A DNA stretch of 64,000 bases from Lagierella massiliensis. GTDB taxonomy: Bacteria > Bacillota > Clostridia > Tissierellales > Peptoniphilaceae. The notes beneath the pieces were generated by a model. That model was given only the letters and a program-made list of their open reading frames with translations. It made no database searches and was not told the origin of the DNA. Shown here piece after piece: positions 10,858 to 20,780 of this stretch. Location of the stretch: NCBI GenBank assembly GCA_030532135.1, contig JAUNLT010000003.1, forward strand, positions 68,423-132,422, read 5' to 3'. Made by a program: the position numbers and the translations under genes. The stretch's first letter is position 1. Every line of letters starts with the position of its first letter.

Positions 10858-10894
10858 CAGTTTCAGAAAAATATGTCCAATTTTTCTGAAAATT
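10858..10894. promoter_or_regulatory. Tandem CodY-like boxes between oppD and the oligoendopeptidase
   Basis: ATTTTTCTGAAAATT (10880-10894) matches AATTTTCWGAAAATT at 14/15; CAGTTTCAGAAAAAT (10858-10872) at 12/15. Confidence 0.6.
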
Positions 10895-11055
10895 TAAATC
10901 CGGTTTATATACTCTTTTTGTTTTCCTTTTATGATAAATGTATTTTAATATCCCCTATAATATTAATTTTAAACTTGTATTTTATTTTTTAGTTTAAGGA
11001 AAGTCCTTGAATTTATCAGCCTACTACTTTAATATAGAAAGCAGGAGGGGATTTA

Positions 11056-12741
11056 ATGAAATTTAATGAAATGAAATATGAAAGACCTAATCTAGATGAT
11101 ATAAAAGATAAATTTGAGTCTTTTGTAGACAGATTTAAAAACGCATCCAATGGACAAGAATTAGTTAAGGCGATAAAAGAGTTCTCCCAATTTCAAAAAA
11201 AATTAGGAACTGCTTCTGCCTTAGTAAGCGTTAGACATTCCATCGATACGAAAGACGAATTTTATAAAAAGGAAAACGACTTCTGGGACGAAGTGGGCCC
11301 TGTATTTTCAAACTACTATTCCCTAGCCTCTAAAGCTATTTTAGAATCGGAATATAAAAATGTAGTAGAGAAGAAAATAGGAAAACACTATTTAGATCTA
11401 TTAGAGTGTTCTCTTGTAGTTGAAGAAAAAGCCATACCTTATATGCAAAAGGAAAACGAATTAATAAGCAAGTACAATAATTTAATTGCAAATTCTAAAA
11501 TAGAATTTGAAGGTAAAATTTACAGTTTAACTCAAATGGGACCTCTTCTTCAAGACACAAATAGAGAAAGACGAAAAGCTGCTTATGAAGCAAGATGGAA
11601 TTTCTTTAAGGAAAATATGGAAACCATTGACAATATTTATGACGAGATGGTAAAAGTTCGTCATGAAATGGCAATTGCACTAGGATATAAGGATTATATT
11701 GAATTTAGATATAAAGAACTTTCAAGAACCGACTACGGTAGAGAAGAAGTTTCTATGTATAGAGAAAAAATCCTTAAGAACATAACTCCTCTTGTGGTGG
11801 AATTAAATAAAACTCAAGCTGAAGGGTTAGGTCTTTCAGACTTTAAGTTTTATGATAAACCCATTGAATTTAAAGACGGAGCACCAAAACCTATAGGCGA
11901 TAAGGACTATATAGTTGAAAAGGCAAAACACATGTATGAGGATTTGTCTAAGGAAACTGGCGAGTTTTTCAACTTTATGATAGACAACGATTTAATGGAC
12001 TTAGTTGCAAAACCTGGAAAAATGGGGGGAGGATATTGTACATCTTTTAATGAATATAAAGCTCCGTTTATTTTTGCAAACTTCAACGGAACAAAACACG
12101 ATGTTGAAGTTGTAACCCATGAAGCGGGACACGCATTCCAAAACTTCATGTCCCAGGATAAAGAGATTGATGAATATATATGGCCGACTTATGAATCTTG
12201 TGAAATTCACTCCATGTCAATGGAATTTTTAACATGGCCTTGGTTAAAAGACTTCTTTGAAAATGAAGACAAGGCTAAGTTCTCTCATTTAAAAGGTGCA
12301 ATTTCATTCCTACCTTATGGAGTTACAATTGATCACTTCCAACACTGGGTTTATGAAAATCCTAACGCTACACCTGAAGAAAGAAGAAATAAATTCCATG
12401 AAATAGAGATGATTTATCAACCTGATTTAGACTATGACAATGAATTTTTAAATAATGGTGGATACTGGTTTACACAAAGCCATGTTTTTTCAGCTCCTTT
12501 TTACTATATTGACTATACTTTAGCTCAAGTGCTTGCTTTTGAATACCTAATTAAATATCTAGAAGACGATAAAAAGACTTTAGGCGAGTATATAGAGCTA
12601 TGTAAAGCAGGGGGTTCTGAATCTTTCTTTAAGTTGATTGAAATAGGAAAACTTGAAAATCCTATGACAACAGATGTACTAGATAGAATCAAACCTAAAC
12701 TTGAAAGCATCTTAAAAGAATTAAAAGAAAAAATTTCTTAA
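11056..12741 (+). CDS. M3-family oligoendopeptidase (PepF-like)
   Basis: Zinc motif HEAGHAFQ, EIHSMSME, PFYYIDY; strong RBS. Confidence 0.92.
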   Translation: MKFNEMKYERPNLDDIKDKFESFVDRFKNASNGQELVKAIKEFSQFQKKLGTASALVSVRHSIDTKDEFYKKENDFWDEVGPVFSNYYSLASKAILESEYKNVVEKKIGKHYLDLLECSLVVEEKAIPYMQKENELISKYNNLIANSKIEFEGKIYSLTQMGPLLQDTNRERRKAAYEARWNFFKENMETIDNIYDEMVKVRHEMAIALGYKDYIEFRYKELSRTDYGREEVSMYREKILKNITPLVVELNKTQAEGLGLSDFKFYDKPIEFKDGAPKPIGDKDYIVEKAKHMYEDLSKETGEFFNFMIDNDLMDLVAKPGKMGGGYCTSFNEYKAPFIFANFNGTKHDVEVVTHEAGHAFQNFMSQDKEIDEYIWPTYESCEIHSMSMEFLTWPWLKDFFENEDKAKFSHLKGAISFLPYGVTIDHFQHWVYENPNATPEERRNKFHEIEMIYQPDLDYDNEFLNNGGYWFTQSHVFSAPFYYIDYTLAQVLAFEYLIKYLEDDKKTLGEYIELCKAGGSESFFKLIEIGKLENPMTTDVLDRIKPKLESILKELKEKIS

Positions 12742-12746
12742 TATCA

Positions 12747-12771
12747 AGGACCAGAGTTAAACTCTGGTCCT
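12747..12771 (+). terminator. Hairpin/terminator after the M3 peptidase
   Basis: AGGACCAGAGTT-a-AACTCTGGTCCT. Confidence 0.7.
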
Positions 12772-13072
12772 AAAATTATATATTAAATTTTTCTTATCAG
12801 TTTAATTGTTAACCTTTGGATGTTTTTTAATGAAAAATGCTATATCAGTATATTTACAAAATTTATTAAAAATTTTAAGAAAAACTGTTTATAACACTTT
12901 AAAATATATTCAGTTTCATAGCTTTTTCATTGTACATATATACTTTAGTTCTAAACCTATTTTAAAAACATTTCTAAACTACTTGAAAGATTTTATTGCC
13001 TTTTATTATAATAACCTATACATATATCTATATAAAATTATCAGTTCATATAAATCATATGTTTTGCATTAG

Positions 13073-13108
13073 AATAGAGAAGATCTACCCAGGAATTTCT
13101 TCTCTATT
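13073..13108 (-). terminator. Hairpin downstream of the nitroreductase
   Basis: AATAGAGAAGA...TCTTCTCTATT inverted repeat 5 bp past the stop. Confidence 0.55.
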
Positions 13109-13113
13109 TAAAA

Positions 13114-13626
13114 TTAAATATAAGTAACAGTTTCTTTCAGATCTTTTCTCCTAAAGTGATTTACTCCAGGTCTATGACCTTCCACCGCATATCCAAGATC
13201 TATAAAAGTTAAAACTTCTTCATTGTCAGGTAAATTGAAACTTTCCATCACTTTATCTGGGTCAAAAAAATTTACCCAACAACTCTCAACTCCAACGCTT
13301 TTTGCAGCCAATAACATATGAGTTGCAACTATTGAAGCATCTTCAATTCCTGAATCATATTTTTGTCCAGGATAAGTAAATGTATTGTTTTTATCAAATG
13401 CAATAAGCAAAACTGTTGGTGCATTATACCTACAAGGGGTAAGTTTGTCCACCTTTGAAAGTCCTTCCTCTGACTGAATAACATAAATATGTTGTTCTTG
13501 ATTATTTTTAGCAGTAGGTGCAAGTCGTCCTGCTTGAAGTATAGTATCTAATTGATCTTTTGAAATCTGTTTTTTATCGTAATCCTTACAAGAATATCTT
13601 TCTTTTAGAAGTCCTATAAAATCCAT
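13114..13626 (-). CDS. Nitroreductase family protein
   Basis: RYSCKDY, LAPTAKNNQ, GVESCWV motifs. Confidence 0.9.
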   Translation of the reverse strand: MDFIGLLKERYSCKDYDKKQISKDQLDTILQAGRLAPTAKNNQEQHIYVIQSEEGLSKVDKLTPCRYNAPTVLLIAFDKNNTFTYPGQKYDSGIEDASIVATHMLLAAKSVGVESCWVNFFDPDKVMESFNLPDNEEVLTFIDLGYAVEGHRPGVNHFRRKDLKETVTYI

Positions 13627-13740
13627 ATTTTCCTCCTTTTTATGTATTTCTTTATATAATTATATCCTAAAGTTTCAATGATTCATTAAATTTAAAATTG
13701 TATTCTCAAGTAAATTTTTTTCTTAGATTATTTAAATATT

Positions 13741-13772
13741 AAAAAAGCCTTCTTTAAATAAGTAAAGAAGGC
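13741..13772 (-). terminator. Terminator of the marR-pirin operon
   Basis: GCCTTCTTTA/TAAAGAAGGC stem plus T6 on the minus strand. Confidence 0.75.
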
Positions 13773-13790
13773 GTATACTATCTAAATTTT

Positions 13791-14333
13791 TTATTTTGTA
13801 AGTCTTTCAATGTGGTCTTCAAATGCCTTTACAGCTTTTTTAAGGTAGTTTTTAGTTCTATCTGTCATATTTCCATTTTCATCAAATGAATCTTGAACTT
13901 TAGCTAAGTAAATTTCTGGTTGTTGCATTGGTATTAAATCTACATAAACTAAAGACTGTCTTAATGAAAGATTACCTGCCATAGCTCCAAATCCACTTAT
14001 TGAAGCTGAAAATACTGCTGCTGGTTTTTTTGCCCAAACATTACCACCAGGTGCTGTTGAGCCTATATCAATAGCATTTTTTATTGCAGGAGTCATAGTC
14101 CTATTGTATTCAGGTGTAATAAATAAAAATGCGTCATGTTCTTTTGCAGAATTTCTCAATTTTGTATACTCCTCATGAGCATTTTCTCCGTCTAAATCTG
14201 AATTGTATAGCGGAAGATTTTTTATATCTATAATATCAGCTTCTGCATTTTCAAACATTTCCTTAACTTCTTTTGCTACTTTCATATTCCATGATTCTTT
14301 TCTTAAAGAACCTACAATTATTCCAACTTTCAT
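13791..14333 (-). CDS. NAD(P)H-dependent FMN/quinone reductase (FMN_red family)
   Basis: GSLRKESWN, TPEYN, KNAID motifs. Confidence 0.9.
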   Translation of the reverse strand: MKVGIIVGSLRKESWNMKVAKEVKEMFENAEADIIDIKNLPLYNSDLDGENAHEEYTKLRNSAKEHDAFLFITPEYNRTMTPAIKNAIDIGSTAPGGNVWAKKPAAVFSASISGFGAMAGNLSLRQSLVYVDLIPMQQPEIYLAKVQDSFDENGNMTDRTKNYLKKAVKAFEDHIERLTK

Positions 14334-14346
14334 CTATTTACCTCCA

Positions 14347-15639
14347 TTAATTTAAATATCTTTCTATATTACTTGTGTCTACTAATCCATTATTTTCAAT
14401 GGAAACTTCTTTTGATTTATTACTTGCTTGGATTTTTCCTTTTAATCTAAGCTGTTTTACTTCTCCTTTATCTATATGAAGACTAACCACATTTTCTCCC
14501 TTTGTAATTAAGTCTCCACCGATTTCAAGTCTTTCTATTACTCCGTCTTCAAGTACACTTATAGCATCAGCATTGAGAGTTTTTATAACTCCCTTTACAA
14601 GAGTTTCACCTACAGAACCTTCAGTAACTACATTCTCATCTATGATAATTTCTCCAACTGGTTTAGAAAACTGCATTCCAATTGATCCGTCACCTACAGT
14701 TTTAATATTTTTAAACCTTGCTTTTTCAATAGTTCCGTCATATTGATTAAAACCTCTAGCACCTGGTCCATAAGTTTTTATGTCTGCATATGAATCAAAA
14801 TTCTTAACTGTTCCAAAATTTACAAATCCAATTGCACTAGGTCCATAACTTTCTACTTCCCCATGAACAGTCCAGTTTTCAACTTCTCCCCATACATCTA
14901 AAACCATATCGTTGGTGCCATAAGTTTTTACAACTCCGTTGGACTTAATATTTTTTGCAAGAGCTCCATAAACTATAAATATTGCCCCTGTTATTAAATT
15001 CGGCTGACCTGTAGGAATCATACCGTTTGAAAATATATCATGTGTAACCAAATTATTAACTATAACTTTTCCTGTATCGTCATTAAAGCCAGACACGAAC
15101 AAGCCTGAACCAATTACTGGAGCATTTTCTCTACCAATAGAAACTCTATTAATATCAGCTTCAATTAAACTCTCCTTATCGGGACTGAAATTGTAAACTG
15201 TTAGAGCACCTTGATAAACATTAACTCCATATTTCATAGGTCTTTCTGGATAAATCCTTGTATCTGCAGATACTATATCCAACTTGTCAATTAAAATCTT
15301 AGTTCTCTTATTCTTACCCCTTGTCAACAGCTGTACCATACCAGTTACAGTTAAATTTTTAAGAACCAAATTTCCAAGATCTTCTTCATCTGAATTTATA
15401 AAAATAGCTCGTTTGTTTTGAGAAGTCTGTATTGAAATATTTGATATTTCATTATCCTTTGTAAGACCTATACCATCGGTGCCAATGAAAGATAAGAAAA
15501 TATTTTTATTGTCACCAATAATTCTCTTGCCTTCAGTAAGTTTTATAGGGAAAGGAGAGCTTATAGAATTTATAAGCTCTATGGTACTTTCCTCTGAATC
15601 AAGGGCTTGTATTAGGTCTTGATAGTTACCTACTTTCAT
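14347..15639 (-). CDS. Hypothetical protein, predicted parallel beta-helix
   Basis: 430 aa rich in G/N/I/V with recurring (I/V)-x-T-x-G units; RBS GGTGGGG; embedded in an operon; no signal peptide seen. Confidence 0.75.
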   Translation of the reverse strand: MKVGNYQDLIQALDSEESTIELINSISSPFPIKLTEGKRIIGDNKNIFLSFIGTDGIGLTKDNEISNISIQTSQNKRAIFINSDEEDLGNLVLKNLTVTGMVQLLTRGKNKRTKILIDKLDIVSADTRIYPERPMKYGVNVYQGALTVYNFSPDKESLIEADINRVSIGRENAPVIGSGLFVSGFNDDTGKVIVNNLVTHDIFSNGMIPTGQPNLITGAIFIVYGALAKNIKSNGVVKTYGTNDMVLDVWGEVENWTVHGEVESYGPSAIGFVNFGTVKNFDSYADIKTYGPGARGFNQYDGTIEKARFKNIKTVGDGSIGMQFSKPVGEIIIDENVVTEGSVGETLVKGVIKTLNADAISVLEDGVIERLEIGGDLITKGENVVSLHIDKGEVKQLRLKGKIQASNKSKEVSIENNGLVDTSNIERYLN

Positions 15640-15651
15640 AAAACCCCCACC

Positions 15652-15930
15652 TTATTTCTTTAGAACGTCTTCGTATTCCTTATTTTTTTCAAATTCTTTT
15701 TTTGCATAGGGACATAAAGGAATAATCTTCATGTCTTTTTCTCTTGCAGCCTTTACTATTTCAAAAACTAATTTCTTTGCAATTCCCTTTCCCCTATATT
15801 CTGGTTCAACTCCAGTATAATTAATAATCATTACACCGTTAGCATTGGAAAAAGTACATTCTCCAACTAGTTTATCTCCTTCATAAGCTGCTGATCTCTT
15901 ATTTTCAAATTCAAAAACTATTTCAACCAT
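15652..15930 (-). CDS. Small YjdJ-like GNAT acetyltransferase
   Basis: TGVEPEYRGKGIA and IIPLCPYA motifs, 92 aa. Confidence 0.88.
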   Translation of the reverse strand: MVEIVFEFENKRSAAYEGDKLVGECTFSNANGVMIINYTGVEPEYRGKGIAKKLVFEIVKAAREKDMKIIPLCPYAKKEFEKNKEYEDVLKK

Positions 15931-15931
15931 T

Positions 15932-16777
15932 TTATGCGTTAAACTCCAATTCTTCTTTTATAAAAGTTCTATTTCTTAAATCTGCATAAGCTTGTTTTAT
16001 TTCTTCCTTAGTATTCATAACAATAGGACCTGCCCATGCAATAGGCTCATCTAATTTTCTGGACTTCATATAAAGAACTTGAGCAAATTCTCCTTCATTC
16101 TTAATAGTAAGTTTGTCACCATCAGTTAATTTAACCGCTGTTTTTTCTTTGATTTTTTCTCCTCCAACAGAAACTTCACCTATTAAAGTAAAGATCATAA
16201 CAGAGTCGTCTTCTTCCATATCTAGTGTGATACTTCCACCTTCATTAATGTGAATATCATAATAATCTAGAGGAAGATGCTCTCCCTTATATCCTTCGTG
16301 ATCCTTGTAAGAACCTGCAAGAAGTCTAATTTTACCTGACTCATAATCTATCTCTTCAATTTCATCTCTTTTTATACTTCTATAAGTTGGTGTAGACATT
16401 TTCTCATCTTTAGGTAAATTTAACCAAAGTTGAACTCCTAGAAGTCTGTCAGCTGCTGGAACTTTTTCTTCGTGTTCTATACCTGAACCTGAGTTCATCC
16501 ATTGTATTTCTCCATCGCCGATTGCATCTTCATTTCCTAAAGTGTCTTTGTGAACCATTTTACCTTTATATAGATAAGAAATTGTTTCAATTCCTCTGTG
16601 AGGGTGCATAGGGAAACCTGCTGTATATTCATCAGGATTTAAACTATCAAATGAATCCAACATTAAAATTGGGTCAAACTCTTCTGTAGTTTCATGACCT
16701 AATACCCTTACTAAACTTACACCTGCACCGTCTCTAGTTCTAAAACCTTCCACCATTGTTTTTACTTTTCTTTCCAT
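15932..16777 (-). CDS. Pirin family bicupin
   Basis: GFPMHPHRGIET, GIEHEE, GVQLWLNLP, GPIVMN. Confidence 0.93.
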   Translation of the reverse strand: MERKVKTMVEGFRTRDGAGVSLVRVLGHETTEEFDPILMLDSFDSLNPDEYTAGFPMHPHRGIETISYLYKGKMVHKDTLGNEDAIGDGEIQWMNSGSGIEHEEKVPAADRLLGVQLWLNLPKDEKMSTPTYRSIKRDEIEEIDYESGKIRLLAGSYKDHEGYKGEHLPLDYYDIHINEGGSITLDMEEDDSVMIFTLIGEVSVGGEKIKEKTAVKLTDGDKLTIKNEGEFAQVLYMKSRKLDEPIAWAGPIVMNTKEEIKQAYADLRNRTFIKEELEFNA

Positions 16778-17196
16778 TATTTTTTTCCTCCTAGTTTTTT
16801 TAATAAATATAGCAATTCTTTTTTCTCACTATCGGTGAGATTTGTCATACTCTCTTTTATAAGCTTTATATTTTTGGGAAGAACTTTTTCAATTTTTGCT
16901 CTTCCTTTATCCGTTAAAGATAAAATTCTAATTCTTCTATCGTTCTCATCCCCTTGTCTTAAAACAAGTCCCTGCTTTACAAGATTATTTACAATCAAAG
17001 GAATAGTTCCAATACTACTTAAAATTCTATCTCTTACTTCTCCAACTGTCATATTGCCTTTACTATAAAGGGCTTCAAGTACCATAAATTGACTTAAGGT
17101 TAAACCATTGTCTTTAACAAGTCTTATGGTCTTTCTATCAATCGTATTTACATTTTTGTGAAGTCCTATTAAAATTTTTAATTCAATATCCTGCAC
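16777..17196 (-). CDS. MarR-family regulator (MhqR-like)
   Basis: LTLSQFMVLEALY, DRR wing motif; GTG start with GAGGTG RBS; overlaps the pirin start. Confidence 0.9.
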   Translation of the reverse strand: MQDIELKILIGLHKNVNTIDRKTIRLVKDNGLTLSQFMVLEALYSKGNMTVGEVRDRILSSIGTIPLIVNNLVKQGLVLRQGDENDRRIRILSLTDKGRAKIEKVLPKNIKLIKESMTNLTDSEKKELLYLLKKLGGKK

Positions 17197-17226
17197 ATAG
17201 CCACCTCAATTATCTCTATATAAGTA

Positions 17227-17242
17227 ATATCTATATAGATAT
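17227..17242. promoter_or_regulatory. Candidate MarR operator
   Basis: Perfect 16-bp palindrome ATATCTATATAGATAT about 30 bp upstream of marR; AT-rich, so may be chance. Confidence 0.4.
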
Positions 17243-17254
17243 ATCTTGGATAAA

Positions 17255-17276
17255 AAAAACTCAATATTGAGTTTTT
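17255..17276 (-). terminator. Hairpin between the two marR genes
   Basis: AAAAACTCAA-ta-TTGAGTTTTT. Confidence 0.55.
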
Positions 17277-17700
17277 ATTTAACTTCTTTTCTAAACTTAT
17301 TTAAAAGTTTTATGAGCTGTCTTTTTTCTTCTTCTGTCCAAATAGAAATGAACTCGTCAATATGATTTCTATTTTCCGGCACCAACTCACACATAAGTTT
17401 ATACCCACTCTCACTTAAATCTAACATAAACTTTCTTCTATCTTTTTCGCTTTGCCTTCTAGTAATATATCCTTCTTTTTCTAAATTCTTAACTATTACA
17501 GGAATGTTCCCGCTAGTAGTAAGAACTTTTTCCATCACCTCTCCTGTGGTTAATTCTCCCGCTGTATATAGAGCTTCTAAAACGGCAAATTGGCTTAGTG
17601 TAAGATTATATTGTGATATTAATTTGTAATTTTCTCTCTTCAGTTTATTTATTACCCTATTCAGTAAAATATAAACCAACATTGAACTTTTTGTATTCAT
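17275..17700 (-). CDS. MarR-family regulator (MhqR-like), paralogue
   Basis: LTLSQFAVLEALY, TSGNIPVIVKNLE, DRR. Confidence 0.9.
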   Translation of the reverse strand: MNTKSSMLVYILLNRVINKLKRENYKLISQYNLTLSQFAVLEALYTAGELTTGEVMEKVLTTSGNIPVIVKNLEKEGYITRRQSEKDRRKFMLDLSESGYKLMCELVPENRNHIDEFISIWTEEEKRQLIKLLNKFRKEVK

Positions 17701-17859
17701 AAATTATTTTTATAATATCATCAGATAAAAATATTTTCAATTTCTATTTTAAATCTATAAGAAATAATTTTTATATAAGAACAACAAAACTATTTCTTAC
17801 GAATAATTATATACCCAATAAAAAATTTTTAAATTCTACAATCTAAAATTTTTCATTTC

Positions 17860-18858
17860 CTATCTCTTATTTACAATTGAGTTTGAATTTCCAGTTTTTA
17901 AAAAATTTATCGACTCATCAAGTGCAAAGCTCAATAAATTGTCAAGGGCTGTTTCAGTATAAAAAGCTATATGTGGAGTATAAATTATATCGTCTCTTTT
18001 AATAATTTCTTCAATTATAGGATCATTTAGTTTCTCTTTGCTTCTGTCTTTTTTAACTAAATCAAATTCATTTTCGTATACGTCAAGAGCTACACCTTTT
18101 AGTTTATTTTCATCTAACGCCTTTAAAACCGCTTTAGTGTCCATAATACTTCCTCTTGCAGCATTAATCAATACAGCACTATCTTTCATCTTGTAAATTG
18201 CCTCATCGTTTATCATATGAAAATTATCTTTCGTAGCAGGTACATGAAAACTTATAACATCACTTCTTTCATATAGCTCATCAAGAGAAACATAGTCTAA
18301 AATTTCTTTTGCCTCTTTTGACGGATACATGTCATAACCTATAATTTTAGCTCCAAGTCCCTTAAATAGCTTCCCAGCTTCTCTACCTATATTTCCAGTT
18401 CCCACAATTCCTACAGTTAGTGTTCTCATTTCCTTAGATAAAAAAGATACATCCCAACTAAAATCTTGCTTTTTTACATTTTTAAAAATTTTATTTAAAT
18501 TCCTCGTAAAATACATTGCAGTTGCAACTACATATTCAGCAATTGCATAAGGAGAATACCTTGGTACATTTATTAAAGTCATGGAAAGTTCATTTAACTT
18601 ATCTAGGTTGTACATATCAAATCCTGCCGATCTTTGAGAGATAAGACTTATACCCATATCCTTTAACTTATAATAGACTTCATTGTCAATTTTTGAAACT
18701 GTGGATAGACTAACCGTATCAGCACCTTTTAAAAGATTTACATTGTCAAGTTTTAAAGATTCTTTATAAGCGTCTACTTCAACATCACTATGTGTTTTTT
18801 TCCACTTTTCTAGTAAATTTTTTTCATCATCTCTTAGATTAAATACTACTATTTTCAT
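17860..18858 (-). CDS. D-2-hydroxyacid dehydrogenase (D-lactate dehydrogenase-like)
   Basis: NVPRYSPYAIAE, GTGNIG, NAARG, LDVYENE, TPHIAFYT. Confidence 0.9.
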   Translation of the reverse strand: MKIVVFNLRDDEKNLLEKWKKTHSDVEVDAYKESLKLDNVNLLKGADTVSLSTVSKIDNEVYYKLKDMGISLISQRSAGFDMYNLDKLNELSMTLINVPRYSPYAIAEYVVATAMYFTRNLNKIFKNVKKQDFSWDVSFLSKEMRTLTVGIVGTGNIGREAGKLFKGLGAKIIGYDMYPSKEAKEILDYVSLDELYERSDVISFHVPATKDNFHMINDEAIYKMKDSAVLINAARGSIMDTKAVLKALDENKLKGVALDVYENEFDLVKKDRSKEKLNDPIIEEIIKRDDIIYTPHIAFYTETALDNLLSFALDESINFLKTGNSNSIVNKR

Positions 18859-19034
18859 TAAATTCCTCCTTTTATATCTACAGTAACTATAAAATTAAAC
18901 TCATCTCTTTTTTAATTAGATCAAAGAATTATATTCTAATTAAGTTTTTTATTTCCATCCAAAATCTTAAAATCTAAAGCAAAAATATAAAGCTAATAGA
19001 ATTTACTCAGTAAAATAACAAAAATCTTCTAATA

Positions 19035-20114
19035 CTACTTATTAAAATCATTTAAAAAGTCTAACACTACTTTATTTATTTCTAAAAGTGTTTCCTGGGG
19101 TTTTCTCTTATTTAATCCCCCGTCAATCCTGTCGGTTAAAAACGGAGAAGATAAAGAAAGATTTGTTAACCCTACATGCCCAACCCCCTTAATATGTTTA
19201 TTTACAAATTTTGGGTTTTTATTTTTAATCATTTTATCATTCAAATCATAGGTGGTAATTTTATCCAACTTATCCCACAGTGCATCAGAGTAAATGTGTA
19301 GCACAGGGTTTGGGTATTCTTCTTCTCTAAATACATAGTGGTCTTTTTTTATTGAGAGAATATCTTTTGCAAATGGTGATTCTAACACAACTAATGCTTT
19401 AATATCTTTTGCCCTTTCCCGTCCCACAGCTAACATGGAAGAGCCTCCAAGGGAATGCCCTGAAAGCACAATCCTTTTTTCATCAACTCTACCCTCATAA
19501 ATATTATCATCTACACCATCTAATATTTTATCTAAAACATAATTAATATCCTCAATTCTTGGATCTATCCAACGATTTAAATCTTCTAAAGTCTTCTCTA
19601 AATCCTTTGAACCTTCTGAATTTACAACTTCTTTAAAAAAGTTTTTATCTACAAATACGGTTTTCCCTGAAGACAACCTTGTAAAAAAAGAATGGTGTGG
19701 GTGATCCAACGACATTACAATATACCCTTGAGAAACCAATTCCTGATATAGGGTTTCATTGGAACTTCCTATTCCAAAGGAACCATGTGAAAAAAGAAAT
19801 AGCGGATAAGAATTTTCTTCTAAATTTTCTGGATAATACACATGTACAGGAATTTCTCTCAACAGGTCATTAGTTGCCATATTAGGATACTTTGTTTCAT
19901 GTTCATAATAGACCATATCTGTTTTAACTTTAAATTGACCAGTGGGTTTAGGTCCATCTAAACTTGGGAAAATAGCTTTGAATACAAAAAACAAAATCAA
20001 AACAATCTCAATAAATATAACAATTAATTTAATCCACATATTGGAAAATTTTTTCTTAACTGTAAAGACAATTAAAAAAGCAAAAAATACTGAAATGACA
20101 ATCCAAATAAACAC
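19035..20114 (-). CDS. Membrane-anchored alpha/beta hydrolase (PAF-acetylhydrolase-like)
   Basis: Two N-terminal hydrophobic helices, PTG motif, FSHG, nucleophile elbow GHSLGG. Confidence 0.82.
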   Translation of the reverse strand: MFIWIVISVFFAFLIVFTVKKKFSNMWIKLIVIFIEIVLILFFVFKAIFPSLDGPKPTGQFKVKTDMVYYEHETKYPNMATNDLLREIPVHVYYPENLEENSYPLFLFSHGSFGIGSSNETLYQELVSQGYIVMSLDHPHHSFFTRLSSGKTVFVDKNFFKEVVNSEGSKDLEKTLEDLNRWIDPRIEDINYVLDKILDGVDDNIYEGRVDEKRIVLSGHSLGGSSMLAVGRERAKDIKALVVLESPFAKDILSIKKDHYVFREEEYPNPVLHIYSDALWDKLDKITTYDLNDKMIKNKNPKFVNKHIKGVGHVGLTNLSLSSPFLTDRIDGGLNKRKPQETLLEINKVVLDFLNDFNK

Positions 20115-20216
20115 AATTTTTCTCCTATTTTTTTAATATCAAACTATCCTATACCAGATTAAAAATATACCGTCTTATAATTTACTTTAATAGCAACTGA
20201 TTTTTAGTAATATTAC

Positions 20217-20780
20217 CTAACCTTTTAATAATTCATCACCTTTAATAATTTGTAAGTATCTTTTTACAATAGGTTCTAAAGTGTTAAAATCTTCAAAATT
20301 AACTTCTTTGTTATATGTAGAAAGAAATCTCTTTGTTTCTTCATTTTGCTTTTCAATAGGTGTTTTCTTTAAGGAGTAATATAAAAATTTCATCATGATT
20401 TTATGCTTAAAACTTAACTTAGAATAATTTAATATACCCATTAAATTAAATACCTCAACAGTTCTGTGCAATTTTTCAGGAGTCTGTCTGTAGACTTTTT
20501 CTTTTATATTTTTTGAATTTTCTACACTTTTAGGATCTGCAATACCGACAGTTATAATTAAAACCTTCTTTAAATTATTCTCCTTATATAAATTCAAAGT
20601 CTTAGATAACCCTACGACTGTGCCTGCATACAATGCTCCCACGTATATAAGTATATCCATATCATTATCTAATTTAAGATTTCTAAAATCAACCAAGTCC
20701 ACATTTAACTTTTTTGATAATTTCTTTGCATATTTTTTTGAACTTCCATACTTACTTCCATATACAATTAAAGATTTCAT
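20217..20780 (-). CDS. Flavodoxin-domain protein (HemG/Flavodoxin_5-like)
   Basis: IVYGSKYGSSKKYA phosphate loop, GALYAG. Confidence 0.82.
   Translation of the reverse strand: MKSLIVYGSKYGSSKKYAKKLSKKLNVDLVDFRNLKLDNDMDILIYVGALYAGTVVGLSKTLNLYKENNLKKVLIITVGIADPKSVENSKNIKEKVYRQTPEKLHRTVEVFNLMGILNYSKLSFKHKIMMKFLYYSLKKTPIEKQNEETKRFLSTYNKEVNFEDFNTLEPIVKRYLQIIKGDELLKG

Noticed and set aside
12806-13072. 88-aa plus-strand ORF
   Set aside because: TTG start without RBS and F/I/K/Y-rich composition typical of AT-rich intergenic noise
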